Origin: Alphaproteobacteria bacterium
GTDB taxonomy: Bacteria > Pseudomonadota > Alphaproteobacteria > MPNO01
Reading direction: 5' to 3'
Assembly: GCA_965248835.1 (NCBI GenBank)
Contig: CBDFLJ010000002.1
Location: 1,120,001 to 1,184,000 of the forward strand
Length of the DNA stretch: 64,000 nt
Positions 27,800 through 37,104 of the stretch are shown here, piece by piece (position 1 is the stretch's first letter; each line of letters begins with the position of its first letter). The position numbers were made by a program, and so were the translations under genes. The notes under the pieces are model-generated. The model worked only from the letters and a program-made list of their open reading frames with translations. It was not told the DNA's origin and did no database searches.

Positions 27800-29395
27800 A
27801 TGGCGCAAAAGCCGGGTGGGACCAGGCCCGGGGCGAAGCACGACCTCGCCATCCCCTTCCAGTCGGTGCGCTCGCTGCTCGACCGTTACAAGGCGAGGGA
27901 CCCCGACAAGACCGCACTCTACGACCTCGACCAGGGCAGCTCGATCACCTTCGGCCAGCTCCACACCGAGGCCAACCGCATCGCGAACTTCCTGGCCCAG
28001 CGCGGGATCGGCAAGGGCGACAACGTCGCGGTGCTGTCCGACGAACGGCTGGAGAAGCTCATCCTGTGGATGGGGGTCTGGCGCGCCGGTGCGGTGGTCT
28101 GCCCGCTCAACGTCGAGATGAACATCGCCTATATCGCCGAGATCCTGCAAAATCTCGCGCCCAAGCTGACGCTCTGGCACGAGGCCATGGACGGCCCGCG
28201 GATGACCCGGGGCGTCGGCGGCGAGATCATGGCGTTCTCGACCTGGCGCCCGAGCACCCAGGGCGCGGCGGATGCCGAGGAGTTCTTCACCCGCGTTGCC
28301 GCCTGTCCCGCCTCGCCGGAACAAGGCCTCGATAACGCGCCCGAGGATATCGGCAGCATCTATTGCACTTCGGGCACCACCGACAAGCCCAAGCTGTTCG
28401 TGTGCGACCAGCTCGGACATTGGTTGTTCGGCCTGTCGACGATCGATTTCCTCGGGCTTACCGAAGACGACCGGACCCTGGAGTACCGCTCGTTCGGCTG
28501 GAACTCCGCCCAGGGGCTGAGCCTTCTGCCATGGATGCAGACCGGCTGCACGCTCTACTTCGCCAGGCGGTTCTCCGCCAGCCGGTTCTTCGACTGGATC
28601 AAGACCCACGGCATCACCTTCTCTGTCGGCATCCCGACGGTGATCAACATGCTGCTCAACGAGCCTGCCGGGGTGACGGCAAAGGACCTGCCGACGCTTC
28701 GGCTGATGAGCTCGAGCACCGCGCCGCTGGCGCCCGAGCGCTGGCAGCAGTTCGAGGATACCTACGGCATCCCGGTCATCCAGTTCTACGGCTCCTCGGA
28801 GGGCGGCTGGGGGTGCGGCAACCGGCATTACTACAAGAAAAAGGGCACCGTCGGCCCGCCAGCCAAGCACCAGGAATTTCTCATCGTCGATGCGGACGGC
28901 AACCCATGCCCGCCGGGTGTCGAGGGCGAGGTTACCCTGGGCGGTCCGCAATGCGTCGTCGCCTCGATCTCCGCCGACGGCGCGTGGGAGGATCTCCGGG
29001 GCCACCGCATCCACCTGGGCGATCTCGCGGTGATGGACGACGACGGATTCGTGACCGTCACCGGCCGGCTCAAGGACCTGATCATCCGTGGCGGTGTCAA
29101 CATATCGCCGAACGAGATAGACAACGTGATCCTGCGCCACCCCAAGGTGCTGGAGGCCGCCGCCGTCGGCGTGCCCGATCCCATCTATGGCGAAGAGGTG
29201 GTGTGCTACGTCGTCGCGCGGGCCGGCGAGTCTCCGACCGAAGATGAGATCAAGGGCCATTGCGTTCGGGTCATGCCGGAATACCGGGTGCCGAAAACGG
29301 TCCATTTCATCGACGCTCTGCCGAAGAACGACCGCGGCAAGGTCCGCCGCGACGATCTCAAGGCGATCTGGCAGCGCGACCATCCCGACGCCTGA
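27800..29395 (+). CDS. Class I adenylate-forming acyl-CoA ligase
   Basis: TSGTTDKPK, YGSSEG, GDLA, GRLKDLIIRGG, LPKNDRGK. Confidence 0.9.
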   Translation: MAQKPGGTRPGAKHDLAIPFQSVRSLLDRYKARDPDKTALYDLDQGSSITFGQLHTEANRIANFLAQRGIGKGDNVAVLSDERLEKLILWMGVWRAGAVVCPLNVEMNIAYIAEILQNLAPKLTLWHEAMDGPRMTRGVGGEIMAFSTWRPSTQGAADAEEFFTRVAACPASPEQGLDNAPEDIGSIYCTSGTTDKPKLFVCDQLGHWLFGLSTIDFLGLTEDDRTLEYRSFGWNSAQGLSLLPWMQTGCTLYFARRFSASRFFDWIKTHGITFSVGIPTVINMLLNEPAGVTAKDLPTLRLMSSSTAPLAPERWQQFEDTYGIPVIQFYGSSEGGWGCGNRHYYKKKGTVGPPAKHQEFLIVDADGNPCPPGVEGEVTLGGPQCVVASISADGAWEDLRGHRIHLGDLAVMDDDGFVTVTGRLKDLIIRGGVNISPNEIDNVILRHPKVLEAAAVGVPDPIYGEEVVCYVVARAGESPTEDEIKGHCVRVMPEYRVPKTVHFIDALPKNDRGKVRRDDLKAIWQRDHPDA

Positions 29396-29478
29396 TTCCT
29401 CCAGTGCGGCATAGCGTTTCACGCTGGTTGTAATCGAAACAAAATCTCGCTCGACGCCGCGCTATATTTTGCCTTTAT

Positions 29479-29668
29479 GGACGCGGACGGGTAGTGTCCG
29501 CTCCGCGATCCGCTGTGCGCGGATCGCTGCGCCGCCCGGTCCGGCGCGCCGGCCGCGATGCCGGGAAACAGACCGGAAAGCGCGTTGCGGTGGGTTTTGT
29601 CGACCGATCGCTCGTTTCCGCCGCCGACTAACGCGGCATCGAACCGCCCCGGCCGCCGATTAACGCGG
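29479..29668 (+). promoter_or_regulatory. Structured leader and direct repeat upstream of the UbiD-family gene
   Basis: Three consecutive hairpins, a nested long-range helix and a 17-nt direct repeat, downstream of a GCTATA -10-like element at 29461. Confidence 0.35.
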
Positions 29669-29697
29669 GCCCATGGGGACGCTTGAAGGAGAGACTG

Positions 29698-31275
29698 ATG
29701 AGCACGGCTGCAAAGGAAGCCCTCGGTGCGCCGCCCGAGGCGATCTTCGATCTGCGCAACACGCTGGAGTGGCTGAAGAGCGAAGGCGACCTGATCGAGA
29801 CCGACAAGGAGGTCGATCCGGACCTCGAGCTAACCGCGATCCAGAAGCAGATGGACGGCGGCTGCCCGATCCTGTTCAACAACGTCAAGGGCAAGCCCAA
29901 CCATCGCCTGATCACCAACCTGTTCGGCGACATCTCGGTGATCAACAAGATGTTCGGCTGGGCGGACGATACCGACCGCACCCGCAAGCTCGCCCATGCT
30001 CTGTCACATCCGCTGGCCCCTGTGGAGGTCTCCCAGGACGAGGCCCCGGCCCAGCAGCATGTCATCGAGAACCCGGCGGACGTCAATGACTACATGGTCC
30101 CGATCCGCCATACCACCTACGAGCCCGAACTGACGGTGGGCTCCGGCAACCGGGTCGTCACCGGCGAATATTTCGACGGCGGCTCCGACCTCGGATACAA
30201 CCGGATGAACTTCCGCTGGGGCAATGTCGGCACCTTCCAGATCTCGCCCGGCTCCCACATGTGGCAGGTCGTTTCCAAACACTACAAAGACGACAAGCCG
30301 GTGCCGATCACCATGTGCTTCGGCGTGCCGCCGTCCTGCACACTGCTTTCCGGTGCGGGCTTCGACTACGTGATCCTGCCCCAAGGCTGCGACGAGATCG
30401 GCATCGCCGGCGCCGTCCAGGGCCAGCCGGTCCGTCTGGTCAAGGCGCGCACGGTCGATGCGATGGCGCTTGCCGATTGCGAGGTCGTGCTGGAGGGCTA
30501 CGTCAACCCGCGCGACCGCCGCTACGAGACCGCCGAGTCCGAGGAAGCCGGCGTCCAGGGACGGTTCCATTTCCACCCCGAATGGGCCGGTTACATGGGC
30601 AAGGCCTATAAGGCGCCCACCTTCCACGTCACCGCGGTGACCATGCGCGATCCGGCGACCAAGCCGATCATCTTTGCACTCGGCGTGCACACGCTGGACG
30701 ACCACAACATCGACACGACGGTACGCGAAGCGGCGATGTTCGAGCTGTGCGAGCGCATGCAGCCCGGCATCATCCAGGACTGCGTCATCCCCTACTGCAT
30801 GACCGACTGGGGCGGCGGGATCATCCAGGTCAAGAAGCGCAACCGGCTGGACGAAGGCTGGCAGCGCAACTTCATGGCCGCGATCCTGGCGACCTCGCAA
30901 GGCGCGCGCCTGTGCGTGGCGGTCTCCGAGGACACCGACCCCTATGACATGGACGACGTGATGTGGTGCCTGACCACGCGGGTCAACCCGAAGACCGATA
31001 TCCTGAACCCGCTGCCGGGCGGCCGCGGCCAGACCTTCATGCCGGCCGAGCGGATGACCGCCGGGGATAAGGAATGGACGGCGTCGAACACCACGTTCGA
31101 GGGCGGAATGGGCATCGACGCCACGGTACCGTTCGGCTACGAGAGCGACTTCATGCGTCCGGTCTATCCGATCGAGAAGGTCACGCTGTCGGACTTCTTC
31201 TCCGAAGACCAGATCAGCAACGCCCGTTCGCGCATGAAGGGCTGGGTCCACAGCCTCGCGCGCACCGGCAGGTAA
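29698..31275 (+). CDS. UbiD-family prFMN decarboxylase, phthaloyl-CoA decarboxylase (PCD/PhtDa)-like
   Basis: GYNRMNFRWGNVGTFQISPGSHMWQV, QGRFHFHPEWAGYMGKAYKAPTFHVTA, IPYCMTDWGG and C-terminal SLARTGR match my recollection of PCD; GGAGAG RBS. Confidence 0.85.
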   Translation: MSTAAKEALGAPPEAIFDLRNTLEWLKSEGDLIETDKEVDPDLELTAIQKQMDGGCPILFNNVKGKPNHRLITNLFGDISVINKMFGWADDTDRTRKLAHALSHPLAPVEVSQDEAPAQQHVIENPADVNDYMVPIRHTTYEPELTVGSGNRVVTGEYFDGGSDLGYNRMNFRWGNVGTFQISPGSHMWQVVSKHYKDDKPVPITMCFGVPPSCTLLSGAGFDYVILPQGCDEIGIAGAVQGQPVRLVKARTVDAMALADCEVVLEGYVNPRDRRYETAESEEAGVQGRFHFHPEWAGYMGKAYKAPTFHVTAVTMRDPATKPIIFALGVHTLDDHNIDTTVREAAMFELCERMQPGIIQDCVIPYCMTDWGGGIIQVKKRNRLDEGWQRNFMAAILATSQGARLCVAVSEDTDPYDMDDVMWCLTTRVNPKTDILNPLPGGRGQTFMPAERMTAGDKEWTASNTTFEGGMGIDATVPFGYESDFMRPVYPIEKVTLSDFFSEDQISNARSRMKGWVHSLARTGR

Positions 31276-31311
31276 TCCGGCGGAAATTCCGGACAAACAC
31301 CGGACCTGCGA

Positions 31312-31341
31312 GTCGGGGCGGCCCTGCCGGGCCGCCCCGAC
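31312..31341. terminator. Hairpin between convergent genes
   Basis: Perfect 13-bp stem GTCGGGGCGGCCC-tgcc-GGGCCGCCCCGAC. Confidence 0.6.
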
Positions 31342-31345
31342 CCGC

Positions 31346-31370
31346 TTCATTCCCGCGAAAGCGGGGATGC
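31346..31370 (+). repeat. Degenerate REP-like palindrome
   Basis: TTCATTCCCGCGAAAGCGGGGATGC resembles the common proteobacterial GTCATTCCCGCGAAAGCGGGAATC repeat; single copy in the window. Confidence 0.4.
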
Positions 31371-31421
31371 TTGCACCGTGGGACAATCCGCCGCTTCGAT
31401 CGATCGGTCGGCGGCAAGCGC

Positions 31422-33002
31422 TCAGCTCGGCGCGCGCAGCCGGAAGCGCTGGATTTTGCCGGTCGCCGTCTTGGGCAGCTCGTCGAGGAAGTTGAACCAG
31501 CGCGGGTATTTGTAGCGGGCGAGCCTGTCTCGGCAGTGCTCGCGCAGATCATCGGCCAACGCATCCCCGGCGTCGGCGGCGTCATTGAGGACCACGAACG
31601 CCTCGGGCTTGATCAGCCCGTCGTCGTCGGCGCGGCCGACGACCGCGGCTTCCAGCACCTTGGCATGCTCGATCAGGGTGGCCTCGATCTCGAAGGGCGA
31701 ACACCACAGCGCGCCGACCTTCATCATGTCGTCGCCGCGGCCGCAGTTGACGAAATAGCCGTCCTCGTCCTGATAGTACATGTCGCCGGTGTTGAGCCAT
31801 TCGCCCAGCATGGTGCTGGCGGTCTTCTCCGGATTGTTCCAATAGCACTTGGCTGCGGATTCTCCCTTGACGTGGACGACGCCGATCTCGCCGGTCGGGA
31901 CGGTGTCGCCGTTTTCATCGACGATCTTGACCTCGTATCCCGGGACCACGCGGCCCGAGGTGCCGCGCTTGTGGTCGGCCTCCGTGTTGGTGATGAAGAT
32001 GTGGAGCATCTCCGTCGATCCCAGCCCGTCGAGGATCAGGGTGCCGGTGCGCTCGGTCCAGCGCCGCAGGACGTCCGCCGGCAGCGCCTCGCCGGCGGAG
32101 ACGCAGATGCGCAGCGGCGACAGGTCCGGGCGCGCGGTCTCCATGGCCCGGAGCTGCTGGGCGTAAAGCGTGGGCACGCCGTAGAAGACGGTGGGGCGAA
32201 ACGCCTCGATGATCTCGAAGGTCATCTCCGGCGAGACCCGGCGGTCGCTCAGCACGATGGTCGCACCTGCCCAGAGCGGGAAGGTCATCGCGTTGCCGAA
32301 GCCATACGAGTGGAAGAGCTTGCTGACAGAATAGACCGTATCGTCCTGGCGCAGTCCGGTGGCCGCTACTGCATAGCGCTCGGACGTGCACACCATGTCG
32401 CGGTGGGCATGAACGACGCCCTTGGGGTTGCCGGTCGAGCCCGAGGAGTAGAGCCAGAAGCAATCGTCCTCGGGCGCGCATCGGGCGGACTCGAGGTCGG
32501 TCGCGGCCTCGTCCATCAGCGCGGCCAGACCGCCCGCGCCGTCGGTCGCGAACGCATGCCTGGGCGCGTGGCCGGCCCCGGCCAGCGCCTGTTCGAGGGT
32601 CTCGGTGAACTCCGGGCTGTAGACCAGCGCCGCGCACTGCGAATCCTCGATCAGGAATCGGTAGTCCGCGCTGCGCAGAAGCGTGTTGACCGGAACCGGT
32701 ATGGCGCCCGCCTTGATCGCACCGAAGAAGAGACAGATGAACTCCGGGCTGTCCTTGACCACCATCAGGACGCGCTCGCCCGCCGCGATCCCGAGCATCC
32801 TGACCGCGTTGCCGCACCGGTTCACGCGTTCGGCAAGCCCGGCATAGGTGAGCGTTTCATCGACCGTCCGGATGGCGGGCTTGTCCGCGCGGCCCTCATC
32901 GAGATGGCGGTCGATGAACGGCACCGTGACGTTGAAGACCGGCGCGAACCGCAACGCGGCGGGGCTCACCGACGTGTCGACGATCACGGTGTTGTCCTTC
33001 AT
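31422..33002 (-). CDS. Benzoate-CoA ligase family protein
   Basis: FWLYSSGSTGNPKG, KLFHSYGFGN, SAGEALP, DGLGSTEMLHIF, LPKTATGKIQRF; GGAGG RBS. Confidence 0.9.
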   Translation of the reverse strand: MKDNTVIVDTSVSPAALRFAPVFNVTVPFIDRHLDEGRADKPAIRTVDETLTYAGLAERVNRCGNAVRMLGIAAGERVLMVVKDSPEFICLFFGAIKAGAIPVPVNTLLRSADYRFLIEDSQCAALVYSPEFTETLEQALAGAGHAPRHAFATDGAGGLAALMDEAATDLESARCAPEDDCFWLYSSGSTGNPKGVVHAHRDMVCTSERYAVAATGLRQDDTVYSVSKLFHSYGFGNAMTFPLWAGATIVLSDRRVSPEMTFEIIEAFRPTVFYGVPTLYAQQLRAMETARPDLSPLRICVSAGEALPADVLRRWTERTGTLILDGLGSTEMLHIFITNTEADHKRGTSGRVVPGYEVKIVDENGDTVPTGEIGVVHVKGESAAKCYWNNPEKTASTMLGEWLNTGDMYYQDEDGYFVNCGRGDDMMKVGALWCSPFEIEATLIEHAKVLEAAVVGRADDDGLIKPEAFVVLNDAADAGDALADDLREHCRDRLARYKYPRWFNFLDELPKTATGKIQRFRLRAPS

Positions 33003-33310
33003 CGCGACCTCCCGCCCGCTGGGCGATGCTTCCCGGGAAACCTCGGGATATCCTGTCGCGTTCGGCTCCGGCGGGCAAGCTGTCCAGCCGGAGCGCGGCA
33101 CGCTCGTCCCCGACGTGCGAGGAAATCCGATAACGCCAGCCGGGTTGACGACCTATTGGAAAACAGGGCTTTTTACGGCGGGCGGTGTCGGATTGTCGGC
33201 CACCCCAAGACCATAAGAGACACCGGGGAATACGTGCGTAGCGCTTCGCCAAGCGACAATTCGGGCAGGTGGCAGGGCTCCGGCAGGCGGCCGTGGGCGG
33301 GAAGGATGAG

Positions 33311-36280
33311 ATGACCGAACAGAGCGAACGGCAGAGGTTCGTCGGTCAGCCGCTGGAGCGCGTCGAGGACGCGGTCCTGTTAACCGGCAGGGCGATGTTC
33401 TCCGACCATTTGCCGACCCGGACCGGGACATTGCACGCGGCGATCCTGCGCTCGCCGCACGCCCACGCCGAGATCGTCTCTTTGGACACCGCCAAGGCGA
33501 AGGCGCGGCCCGGCGTGGCTGCGGTCCTGACCGGAGACGAACTCAGGGAAATCTCCGATCCGTTCCTGATCGTCCTCAGGCAGCCGATGCTGCAATGGGC
33601 GCTCGCCGTCGGCAAGGTCCGCTATGTCGGCGAGCCGGTGGTGCTGGTGCTGGCGAGCGACCGCTACAAGGCCGAGGATGCGCTGGCTTACATCGAAGTC
33701 GCGTACAGCCCGCTCAAGCCCGCCGTCGACGCCGAGGCGGCGGCCGCAGACGGCGCCCCGCTGGTGCATGAGGAGGTCGGCAGCAATATCGTCTCTACGC
33801 GCGACTTCGTCTATGGCGAGCCCGACAAGGCCTTTGCCGAGGCCGACCGCACGGTCTCGCTCAAGGTCTCGTATCCGCGCAATTCCCAGACCCCTCTGGA
33901 GGGGTATGTGGTCACCGCCGACTACGATCCGGCGACCGGGTCCTACGACGTGGCGTCCAACTTCCAGGGTCCGTACACGACGCACACCGTCATCTCGAAG
34001 GCGCTCCGGGTGTCGAGCGCCAAGCTCAGGATGCGCACGCCCAACTTTTCCGGCGGCGGATTCGGGGTCAAGGTCCAGATCTTCCCCTATGTCGTTCTGA
34101 TGGGCTTGGCGTCCAAGGTGGCGGGCCGGCCGGTCAAATGGGTCGAGGACAGGCTCGAGCACCTGAGCGCGGCGAGCGCCGCGCCCAACCGGGTGATCGA
34201 GATCGCGGCCGCGGTCAAGGATGACGGCGAGATCACCGCATTTCGCTTCGATCAGCTCGACGATTACGGCGCCTTTCTGCGTGCGCCGATGCCGGGACCG
34301 CTCTACCGCATGCACGGCGTGCTGACCGGCGCATACGACATCAAGAACCTTGCGGTCACCAACCGCGTGGTGATGACCAACAAGTGCCCCTCGGCGATGG
34401 TCCGCGGCTTCGGCGGGCCGCAGATGTATTTCGCCATCGAGCGGCTGGTGCAGCGCGTCGCGGTCGTCCTCGGGCTCGACCCGCTGGACGTGATCCGCCG
34501 CAACCTGGTCCCGGCCGGGGTCTTTCCCTACCGCGCCGCCGCCGGAGCGCTGCTCGATTCGGGCGATTTCCCGAAGGCTATCGAGATCGGCGTGGGTCAG
34601 GGCGGGCTCGAGGACCTCAAGCGCCGGCGCGAGGAAGCCCGCGAGGAAGGCCGGCTCTATGGCATCGGCTATGCCGTGGTCGTCGAGCCGGCCCAGTCCA
34701 ACATGGGCTATCTCAGCAACATCCTGCCGCGCGAGGAGCGCCGCCGGAACCCCAAGGGGGGCGCGGTCTCCAATGCAACCGTCAACGTCGATCCGCTGGG
34801 CACCGTCAACGTGACGGCGGATTCGATCCCTCAAGGCCAGGGGCACATGACGGTGCTGTCCCAGATCGTGGCCGACAATCTGGGTCTCAAGCCCGAGAAC
34901 ATCCATGTCAACCTCGAACACGACACCGCCAAGGACGCCTGGTCGATTGCAACCGGCAACTATTCCTCGCGGTTCTCTTCGTCCACGGCGGTTGCGGCCG
35001 ATATCGCGGCCAAGAAGGTCCGCGCCAAGCTTGCGCGGATCGCGAGCCAGACACTCAACGTACCGGCCGAGAGCCTGGAGTTTGCCGACGGCAAGATCTT
35101 TGCGGTCGACAACCCGGAGAACGCCATCAACGTGTACCGTGTCGCCGGTTCGGCCCACTGGACGCCGGGCAATCTGCCTGACGGCATGGAGCCCGGCGTG
35201 CGCGAGACCGGCTCGTGGTCGCCGCCGGAAATGGAGCCGCCCAACGACGCCGACCAGATCAACTCCTCTTTGACCTACGGCTTCGTCTTCGACTATTGCG
35301 GCGTCGAAGTCGACCGCGACACCGCACAGGTCAGGATCGACAAGTACGTCACGATGCACGATTCCGGCAAGCTCCTGAACCCGCTGCTTGCCGACGGACA
35401 GATCCACGGCGCGTTCGCCTGGGGCGTGGGCTGCGCGCTCTACGAGGAGTTCGTCTACGGCGAGGACGGGAGTTTTCTCACCGGGACGTTCGCGGACTAC
35501 CTGGTGCCGACATCCTGGGAGGTGCCCGAGCCGGTGGTCCTGCACATGGAGACCCCGTCCTTGCTGACCCCCCTGGGTGCCAAGGGGATCGGCGAGGGCA
35601 ACTGCATGTCCACGCCGGTGTGCATTGCCAACGCGGTGTGCGATGCGCTCGATGTCGAGAACCTTACACTGCCGTTGACCCCGGCCAGGGTCAGCGCGCT
35701 GATCCATACCGATGAGCCGCCGCCGCCCGCCGACCAGGCGGTGGAAGCAGGTGAGCGGAAGGCGACCGGACAGGTGCTGTCGGGGACAGGCGAGACCCTG
35801 GTGCCGGCCCGCCCCGAGCAAGTGTGGCAGACGCTGCTCGATCCCGACAAGCTCGCCGCCGTGATACCGGGTTGCCGCGCGCTCGACCTGGTGGGAGAGA
35901 ATCTCTATCGCGCCGAGGTGAGCCTCGGCGCGGGGCCGGTGCGCGGAAAATTCCGGGCAGATGTAGGCCTGACAGAGCTCGACCCACCGAACGCCGTCCG
36001 GCTGTCGGGCGGTCTCGTCGGGCCGCTCGGCGCCTCGCAAGGCGAAGGTAGGGTGCGGCTGTCGCCTGCTGAGGGCGGCACGCTGGTCTCCTACGACTAC
36101 ACCATCGAGATCACCGGCACGGTGGCTGCGGTCGGCGGGCGCATGCTGGAAGGGGCCGCCCGCGCATTGGTGCGGCAGTTCTTCCAGCGGCTGGCGGCAC
36201 AGGTCGACGGCGACGGGCACGGGCCGCCCGCGGGCGCGTGGTGGCAGCGGCTGCTTGCCGCGCTGGGGTTCAGGCAATGA
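33311..36280 (+). CDS. Xanthine-dehydrogenase-family molybdopterin subunit with fused C-terminal CoxG/SRPBCC domain (HmfA-like)
   Basis: GGGFGVK, VRGFGGPQ, QGQGH, GQIHG, GAKGIGEG; C-terminal VWQTLLDP..IPGC...VGGRML domain. Confidence 0.88.
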   Translation: MTEQSERQRFVGQPLERVEDAVLLTGRAMFSDHLPTRTGTLHAAILRSPHAHAEIVSLDTAKAKARPGVAAVLTGDELREISDPFLIVLRQPMLQWALAVGKVRYVGEPVVLVLASDRYKAEDALAYIEVAYSPLKPAVDAEAAAADGAPLVHEEVGSNIVSTRDFVYGEPDKAFAEADRTVSLKVSYPRNSQTPLEGYVVTADYDPATGSYDVASNFQGPYTTHTVISKALRVSSAKLRMRTPNFSGGGFGVKVQIFPYVVLMGLASKVAGRPVKWVEDRLEHLSAASAAPNRVIEIAAAVKDDGEITAFRFDQLDDYGAFLRAPMPGPLYRMHGVLTGAYDIKNLAVTNRVVMTNKCPSAMVRGFGGPQMYFAIERLVQRVAVVLGLDPLDVIRRNLVPAGVFPYRAAAGALLDSGDFPKAIEIGVGQGGLEDLKRRREEAREEGRLYGIGYAVVVEPAQSNMGYLSNILPREERRRNPKGGAVSNATVNVDPLGTVNVTADSIPQGQGHMTVLSQIVADNLGLKPENIHVNLEHDTAKDAWSIATGNYSSRFSSSTAVAADIAAKKVRAKLARIASQTLNVPAESLEFADGKIFAVDNPENAINVYRVAGSAHWTPGNLPDGMEPGVRETGSWSPPEMEPPNDADQINSSLTYGFVFDYCGVEVDRDTAQVRIDKYVTMHDSGKLLNPLLADGQIHGAFAWGVGCALYEEFVYGEDGSFLTGTFADYLVPTSWEVPEPVVLHMETPSLLTPLGAKGIGEGNCMSTPVCIANAVCDALDVENLTLPLTPARVSALIHTDEPPPPADQAVEAGERKATGQVLSGTGETLVPARPEQVWQTLLDPDKLAAVIPGCRALDLVGENLYRAEVSLGAGPVRGKFRADVGLTELDPPNAVRLSGGLVGPLGASQGEGRVRLSPAEGGTLVSYDYTIEITGTVAAVGGRMLEGAARALVRQFFQRLAAQVDGDGHGPPAGAWWQRLLAALGFRQ

Positions 36281-37104
36281 AACCCTGTTCGTTCGATTAC
36301 CTGCGCGCCGAGACGGCTGAGGAGGCGATCGCAGGCCTTGCGGGCGCCGGGGAAGACGCCCGGGTGCTCGCCGGCGGTCAGTCGCTGATGCCGATGCTCA
36401 ACTTCCGCCTCGTGGAGCCCGAGATCCTGGTCGACATCTCGGGCATCGAGGCACTGTCCTACATCCGGTCCGATGCCGACAGGGTCGAGATCGGCGCCAC
36501 CGCGCGCCAGTGCGAGCTCGAGCGCTGGCCGGACCTTGCTGCGCGCCTGCCGCTGGTGCACAAGGCGCTGCCTTATGTCGGCCATTACCAGACCCGCAGC
36601 CGCGGCACGGTATGCGGCTCGCTGGTCCATGCAGATCCCAGCTCGGAATTGCCGCTGTGCCTGGCCACGCTCGGCGGCGAGGTGGTGCTGCGCTCCACGG
36701 CCGGCGAAAGGATGCTCGCGGCGGCCGATTTCCAGGTCGGCATGCTCACCACCGCCAAGCGCGCCGAGGAGATGGTGGTTGCCGCGCGCTATCCCGTCGC
36801 GCGGCCGGGCGACGGCCACGCGTTCGTCGAGATGGCCCAGCGTCGGGGCGACTTCGCCATCGTCGCGCTTGCCGCCGTCGCCTCGGCCGACCGCATCCGA
36901 CTCGGGGTCGGCGGCGTCGCCGACCGGCCGACGGTAAAGGACTGGCCGATGTTGGCGGGCGCCGAACTTGACGATGCGCTGAACGCCTTCGCCTGGGAGC
37001 TCGGCGGTTACGACGACGTGCACGCGAGCGCGAAATACCGCCGCGAGCTGGTGCGGCGCCTGGGCCGCCGCGTGATCGAGGAGGCCAAGTCATGCCGAAG
37101 CTAG
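36277..37104 (+). CDS. Molybdenum hydroxylase FAD-binding subunit (HmfB/CoxM-like)
   Basis: AGGQSLMPMLNFR, RSRGTVCGS..HADP, RRGDFA; ATGA overlap. Confidence 0.9.
   Translation: MKPCSFDYLRAETAEEAIAGLAGAGEDARVLAGGQSLMPMLNFRLVEPEILVDISGIEALSYIRSDADRVEIGATARQCELERWPDLAARLPLVHKALPYVGHYQTRSRGTVCGSLVHADPSSELPLCLATLGGEVVLRSTAGERMLAAADFQVGMLTTAKRAEEMVVAARYPVARPGDGHAFVEMAQRRGDFAIVALAAVASADRIRLGVGGVADRPTVKDWPMLAGAELDDALNAFAWELGGYDDVHASAKYRRELVRRLGRRVIEEAKSCRS

Noticed and set aside
29698-31275. Call as ubiquinone UbiD or as HmfF (FDCA decarboxylase)
   Set aside because: The motifs fit the PCD clade as recalled (PEWAGY rather than EGP[FY]G), and no ubi or hmfG gene is adjacent.
33380-36277. 965-aa antisense ORF, and similar long ORFs at 5928-8174, 26353-28335, 31074-33314 and 51063-53180
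   Set aside because: They overlap well-supported genes, are Arg/Gly/Ala-rich and have no motifs; long stop-free shadow frames are expected in high-GC DNA.
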